DNA from: Octopus vulgaris
Lineage: Eukaryota
DNA: 64,000 nucleotides
Direction of reading: 5' to 3'
Assembly: GCA_951406725.2 (NCBI GenBank)
Contig: OX597820.1
Location: 63,984,001 to 64,048,000 of the forward strand
The translations under genes were made by a program, and so were the position numbers. This document shows positions 57,207 through 64,000 of this stretch, piece by piece (the stretch's first letter is position 1; the number at the start of each line of letters is the position of its first letter). The notes beneath the pieces are model-generated. The model was not told the DNA's origin, made no database searches, and saw only the letters and a program-made list of their open reading frames with translations.

Positions 57207-58475
57207 CAGGGTGGGGAAGCAAAATTTGCAATATTTTGAGGCAGGGATTGAAAAGACAGTGTATGACCAATTTGTTTATTGAAAGTCATGAGAATTTATT
57301 TGCCACAAGACAATTTACATAATAGAAAATATTTTTTTCTATGTGTCCCTCCTTCTTTCTCAATAACTGCCTTCACACGCTTCCTGAAACTTGCACAAGC
57401 GTTCCTCAAATATTCGGGAGACAACTTCTCCCATTCTTCTTTAATAGTATCTTTAAGAGAGTCAACATTGCTTTGTGATTTTCTATTGGTAGCTTGTTCT
57501 AAAACGCCCCAAATAGCATAATCCAAAGAGTTTAGATCTGGGCTAGAAGGTGGCCATAAAGTTGGATTTGCAGAAATCTTGTATTTTTCTAGCTGTGTGG
57601 GCTGGAGCACCATCCTGTGTCCATACGTAATTACCATCTGGGTAGTTTGCTTTAAGCCATGGCAATACCTGGTATCTCAAAGTCTTGTAGTAAGTATTAA
57701 CATTGATCTTTTCATCAGCTTTGTAGAATTTTATAGGCATTTTCTTTCCATAGGAAGCCACAACACCAAAAGCAATAACTTGAGCAGGATCTTTTGTTTT
57801 GAATGTCCTCTTAATCTCAGCTGTTGATTTTGCGATAAATCTGTCATTTCTGCTGTTCAGAACAGCATCGACAGTGAAGATCTTTTCATCAGAAAAGATC
57901 GTTACATTGGAGGATATTTTCTTGAACCATGTAATAATTTTCTTGCACCTCTCCAATCTCTTTTCCTTCACAGCTGTTGTCAACAAGTGTTTTGGTGTTC
58001 TTGTTTAAGATTTTAACCTCAAATCATATTTTACAGCATTTCTAATGGTCTTGTTGTCTACCTCAAGTTCAATTGCCATTCTTCTCATGGATTTGGTTGG
58101 ATCCTTTAGGATTTTTGATTTGAGAGCTTTAATAAAAGCTTTGGTACGCTTTTTGTTGATTCCTCAACTTCCACACTTCCTCGTAATAGTTTTGCTCATA
58201 GTCATTCTATTATTTACATTATAACTAGTCTTTATGGACACTCCAACTATTTTTGAAATCTCCTTTGGTGTGACGAGTGCATTCAGAAAATCACACACTC
58301 TTTGACTTTTGCTTTCCTGATTACTCATATGGACAAAAGTTTCTGAAAAGCTAAAGATAATAGTGTTAGGTATGAGTATGACATCAATTTATGCTAGGTT
58401 TCGACACAATTGATTTAGTGTCTCCTGAGAAAAACACAACTTAACGTTCATTGTAAATTTTGCTCCCCCACCCTG
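57207..58475 (-). mobile_element. maT (DD37D)-like Tc1/mariner transposon, full length
   Basis: TIRs cagggtggggaagcaaaatttgcaat / attgtaaattttgctcccccaccctg in TA; ATG at 58328 MSNQESK; IFSDEKIFTVD, WTQDGAPAHTA, WPPSSPDLNSLDY with a frameshift, so the D-D spacing cannot be counted. Confidence 0.9.
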
Positions 58476-58492
58476 TATATATAGCTATAAAA

Positions 58493-58577
<85 letters not shown>

Positions 58578-58598
58578 TAGCTATATAAGTATATAAAG

Positions 58599-58982
58599 TT
58601 TAGAGAGACTTAGTAATTTTAATATTTCTATTATTGAAAACAAGTGGATGTATTCCACTGTAACTAGGTAAATAAAATCTTCGAACAGACGGTCAGTAGC
58701 GACACCTGCTGGTTCTGACTACGCTGCATTGATAAAGGGCAACAACCCTGAAATGTGTCTTCAGATGTCTGACTAGCAAGGTGAAGCGGCTGACCTCCCC
58801 TGTTCGAAGGTTGTAATGGACGCAGGTTCGTCATATAGCTAGCTAGAGGCGGTGGCCTCTTGGAGCTAATCAGCGACAGCTTTAGTCTTATATTTAGACT
58901 GTCATATTAGTATGGCGATAACTATTAATATCCAGTAACGTTGCCGTAATCTCCTTTAGAGAGACTTAGTAATTTTAATATT

Positions 58983-58988
<6 letters not shown>
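58599..58988 (+). mobile_element. Non-coding 356-bp unit with 34-bp terminal direct repeat and hammerhead motif (retrozyme/solo-pLTR-like)
   Basis: tttagagagacttagtaattttaatatttctatt at 58599-58632 and 58955-58988; hammerhead-like motif 58724-58764; (TA)n on both flanks. Confidence 0.6.
58724..58764 (+). ncRNA. Hammerhead-like motif, U3-A8 core
   Basis: CTGCA-TTGATAA-AGGG caacaa CCCT-GAAA-TGTG-TC-TTCAG. Confidence 0.55.
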
Positions 58989-59028
<40 letters not shown>

Positions 59029-59892
59029 TATCTATATATACATACATATATATGTTTATACATATATATATATACATACATATATATATATATATATATT
59101 TATGTATATATATATATATATATAAATACATATATATATATATATACATACATATATATATATATATATATAATGTAATATAATATAAATAAAATATATA
59201 TGCATATATACATGCGTATATGTACATACATCTCTACGTATATATATATGCTTATGTGGGCGTATATCTTTTGTCAGTTTCTGAGGTATCGTATTTGTTA
59301 TCATAGAGAAATTTTGCTTATTTCTAATACTTTAGAACGTACTGGATTTTTATTTGAGAACATATTCTTTGTGGAAACTAGCGATTTGACGTCTATATCT
59401 AGCATGTTGACCGTCCACTTTTAGTGGTCAGTCCTTTACATTTTGTATGTAAAAATATTTTAATCTTCGGATTTTTTTAATATGCTAGGCAACTGTTTTT
59501 AATTGATTAATATCAATTTCTACCCTTATTAAATATATATACATATATATACATATATATATACATATATATACATACATATATATATATACCACACACA
59601 TACGTAGACCCATCTACGTACATACATTCACACATTTAATCACACACACTTACAGACACACATGCACATACACACACACATACATACATACACACACGCA
59701 TACATACTTACACACACACACACACACACAGACATACATACACACATACACACACACATACATACGCACATACATACACACACACTCACACACACACACC
59801 GCACGTACATACTTCACACACACACACATTCACACATACATGTAGGCACATACATACATACATACCCACACATGCACACCCGTACAAAACAC

Positions 59893-60206
59893 ACTCAAGT
59901 TCATCAGGTTTGATGTTTTGAATAACACTTGTTATTTTCTGCTTCAGTTCATCCGTAGTTCGAGGATTGTCTGCATACACTGAGTCTTTCAATTTGCCCC
60001 ACAAATAAAAGTCAGGAGGTGTTAAATCCGGTGATCGAGGTGGCCACAAACCACGAGAGATCACACGATCCCCAAAGACATCACCAACTGCAGCCATACT
60101 GACACGAAAACATTTTCAACTATAAATATCCTTTCTTGTGTTCAGTGCACTGTTTCTTTATGTATACCTATGAAAATGTTCAGTGCACTGTTTCTTTTGG
60201 AACACC

Positions 60207-60209
<3 letters not shown>
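59893..60209 (-). mobile_element. Fragment of rosa/DD41D-like Tc1/mariner
   Basis: FGDRVISRGLWPPRSPDLTPPDFYLWGKLKDSVY; TIR-like cagggtgttccaaaag next to TA at 60209. Confidence 0.8.
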
Positions 60210-60249
<40 letters not shown>

Positions 60250-60271
60250 TCTTGATTGCAATACACAGACA

Positions 60272-60331
<60 letters not shown>

Positions 60332-60461
60332 GTAGGTGACATAAGTCAACGCACAAGACACCCGTTATTATTCCCCCACACAGAACATCATTACGTGGAC
60401 TCTGTTGAGACTAGTAAGACACAATTATGAACTTTTTTTATTTCACTTAACTTCTTAAAAT

Positions 60462-60509
60462 ATTTTTGATAAGGTTCGTTTTTACAAGAAGAACCGAAAC
60501 ATGTAAAAT
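60462..60509 (+). ncRNA. Minimal type I hammerhead motif, U3-A8 core, all stems intact
   Basis: ATTT-TTGATAA-GGTTC(13 nt)GAACC-GAAA-CATG-T-A-AAAT; palindromic stem III ACATGT, GUA triplet. Confidence 0.62.
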
Positions 60510-60643
60510 GTCTAAGAAAAGTAAAATTTATCCCATATAGTGGCGTTTTGAAACTTCTTATGTGTATATATATATATATATATATATGTTCTGTGATCGA
60601 AAATTCAACAAAAAAAGTACTCCATTAGGTTAGAGATATATAT

Positions 60644-60964
60644 TATTCATCTAAAGGTCACAATACATGTATTAAAGCGCTACTAATAATTTCATATTTT
60701 GAGAATACTCAAGGAAGCTAGCTCTTTTACCTTTCTAATTTAAATTTTAGTTTTTTTTGTCTTCCGTCTTTCGTTTCCCGTCGTTCACATTCTGCTTTTT
60801 CTATATGTTGCCGCTTTTCTTTCCTTTTCTAGTTTTTCTTGTAATTTTCAATTTTATTCAGCTTGTTATGATATGTGGTTTGCACATGAAGAATTTGTTT
60901 GAGTTTTCTCAACCTATGAAACTATTAGTAGTGCTTTAATACATGTATTGTGACCTTTAAATGA

Positions 60965-60967
<3 letters not shown>
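60644..60967. repeat. 69-bp inverted repeat enclosing a 186-bp spacer (MITE or inverted pLTR piece)
   Basis: tattcatctaaaggtcacaatacatgtattaaagcgctactaataatttcata..gagaatactcaa vs rc of 60899-60967. Confidence 0.85.
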
Positions 60968-61042
<75 letters not shown>

Positions 61043-62298
61043 GCATGTGTGTGTATGTGCGCGCGCGCGTGTGTGTGTGTTATGTCAGTAAGACAACCTT
61101 CGACCAGAAACTTTCTGAAACTCATAAATTAAATATATGGTAACTACACGCTTTGATTTCATACATACTAATAATGTTCGTAACTAGATATGTTTAAACG
61201 AATGAAAGACCTCCGAGCGACGTGTGTGTGTGTGTGTATGTATGGAGGTGCGGATGAGCTCCATCAACTTAGCTGCAAAATATTTTAACACAAGTGGCGA
61301 CATTTTCGATCTACTCATTAGAATGGCCTTAAAACAGAACAGTTGCAATAGTAGTTATAAAACTCAACCCTCCTCCAAATATTCATGAAGTTTTAACCCA
61401 TCACTGAAATTGTTTATTAATGAGAAGATATCCTTCTGTCTTCGCTATATTTTGAAATCCATTTTTTCCAATATTATACTTTTCTGTCGGCCTATCTATT
61501 TGAACATTTTATTCCGAGATCTCCTGCATCTCTTTCGGTAATACTACTTTTGTTTATATAGCGCAAGATAATCTACGCCAAATACAAAATGATATAAAAT
61601 CTTAGAGAAATTCCTAATTCTCTGTTCTACGTCGCGGATAACATCCAATTGTTCAATAAATTTAATTTTCAGAAAATAAGAGAAAAAATACGAAAAGAGA
61701 ACGATGCACAATCGTCGACCATAAGTCTACAAGATAGGGGTTGATCCAGGCAATACACCAAGAACAACCAGGAAGAGTTGCTTCAGTATAGATTTTTCAA
61801 TAGGATCAGTTTCTTCCGGAAAGGTATCGTATTATACGTAGAATTTCTTTTGGAAATCTTGAGCTGATTTTACAGACAATTAAAGTGTATAGTTCCACTG
61901 AATGTCGTAAATTTAATTATGGCTGATTTCTAGCATCGTGTGCAGGTAGTTAAACACAAAGACACACAAGCAAGCAGATAATCACATTAATACACACATA
62001 CACTTTCATGTGCACTTATATGCGTATGTGCAATTTTGCGGACACATATCTGCATCTGTGATTTAGTGCATTAGGCATATCGAACGTAAACGTTTGCACA
62101 CAGATGCACTGAATTCATAGAATGAGCCTTGGAAATGCACATACATATATGTGTGTTAATGCGTCATTGTGTATACTACATAGACACACATGCACACAAG
62201 CACACACACACACACACTCACACAAGCATATAGTGGCGATGTACGTCTGTGCTTGCGTATGTAATATATATACACGTTTATGTATGTGCATATGCACC

Positions 62299-62361
<63 letters not shown>

Positions 62362-62523
62362 TTGACCACATAGCTGTCGCTCTCTTATATTTATATATAT
62401 ATGCTTATATATGTGTGTGTGTGTGTAAGTATCTGCATGTGTTTGCGTGTGTGCACGTGTGCGTACGTATATGTATGAATATATGTGTGCATATATAGGC
62501 ATTTATGCACACACATTTATATA

Positions 62524-62599
<76 letters not shown>

Positions 62600-63230
62600 C
62601 TTATACGCACATACGCACATATACAGATATGTATAGAACTGTGAAAGTGTATATGCGCAACCGGTGTGTTTCAGAGTTTGTGATTATGTCTAGGTGAGGG
62701 CTGCGGTGGGGCGAGGTAGGGTTATACAACCAGAAGAATCAAAGATAACAGAAGTACTACAGAGATGTTATCGAAGAGACACTGAAGTTACAAGCGGAAT
62801 GAATAATGGAATATTATGTGAACTCCTCTCCGTTATAATAGATTTCTGATCCAATGTTTGTGCTTTATGGTGCAATATGCAATATATGTTCATTGAGATC
62901 CACTGTAATTACAAATATTCTGATCCAATATGGCCTTTCACTAAATATTAAACGCAATGCTTACTTGTCATAAAACTAACTGCTAACATTTAGAAACGGA
63001 AACAGCCTTCGAAATGTAAGCATTCTTGACAATTATATGCTTATACATAGAGATACGTTTGTATGTATGGACGTATGTAGGTAAATATATATGTGTGTGT
63101 GTGTGTATGCATATTTATAAATATATACAAACATATGTATATACAGATACATATATACATACACACTCACGCACTCACACACACACATATATATATACAG
63201 AGACACTTATGCATACAGGCATAAATGTAC

Positions 63231-63282
<52 letters not shown>

Positions 63283-64000
63283 TATTTTATTAGGAACTGG
63301 AATTTCACAAGTCGTTACTCTCTGTTTCTTGTTTATGATCTTCAGACGATAAGTGCAAAAACAGAACATTATGAAGATTTTGAAATATAAATAAAAGAGA
63401 TCATTATAAGGAAAAGCTTACACTGATCGGATGAATGTTGTCCACAAAACTTAAAACCAAAGCATCCGACAAACGTAACAGATACGAAGCGTATGCAATT
63501 ATATAAATGGAAGCAAGACAATAAAGAACAGGGAACTGAGGAGTGGGTGTATGTAGAATATGGAAGCATTGAAAGAAAAGCCTTTGAAGAAGATTAAATT
63601 GAAGGGGTCTGGGATAACAAGAGATGAAGACGTGTATCAAAATAGATCAGAAAACTATGGCTAGTTTTGAAAGAGTAAACATTGAAATTATTAGAATATA
63701 TATACAGAATATATATGCGTCGGCCTTTGAATACAACCTGCACGAAATCAGTATTATACGACTCGTTTGAGGAGATATATTTAGAAAATTATGTAGAATT
63801 ATTGTTTTATTAATAATTCTTAAATTTTTCAGTTTAAAACTACGTTGAATGATACAACTTAATAAATCACAAGAAAAAAGCAAAACTGAAACAGCTGATA
63901 AGATTCTTCATTTCAGGAAAGGAATAATAGACAATACGTAGTCAATAAGTACAAGTATTTCATAGCTAATATTCAATTTATTTAATATTTTCAATATGTT

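Overview
Eukaryotic, AT-rich, extremely microsatellite-dense non-genic DNA (large intron or intergenic). The SINE/LINE repertoire and repeat landscape look like an octopod cephalopod genome (inference, not verified). No host protein-coding gene is convincingly present, and most listed ORFs are microsatellite translations. The recognisable content is mobile DNA: (i) a young, near full-length Penelope-like element (PLE; RT + C-terminal GIY-YIG) at ~43.0-48.2 kb, bounded by ~710-bp direct pseudo-LTRs that each carry a minimal hammerhead ribozyme with an unusual CUGUUGA core; (ii) an older minus-strand PLE at ~31-33.4 kb with an inverted copy of its GIY-YIG end; (iii) a head-to-tail cluster of R4/Dong-type RLE LINEs sitting in (TAA)n tracts; (iv) a CR1/L2-group LINE whose 3' tail matches the local CORE-type SINE tail; (v) seven Tc1/mariner relics (IR-DR Tc1, mariners, maT-like, rosa-like); (vi) many tRNA-derived SINEs of several families. 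The most interesting signal is a set of short non-coding islands embedded in (TA)n that carry minimal type I hammerhead motifs. Two of them have the compensatory U3-A8 core, and one of these sits in a 356-bp unit with 34-bp terminal redundancy (retrozyme-like). A near-perfect 288-bp palindrome and several fold-back structures are also present. Coordinates were read by eye and family assignments come from motif recognition, not database searches.
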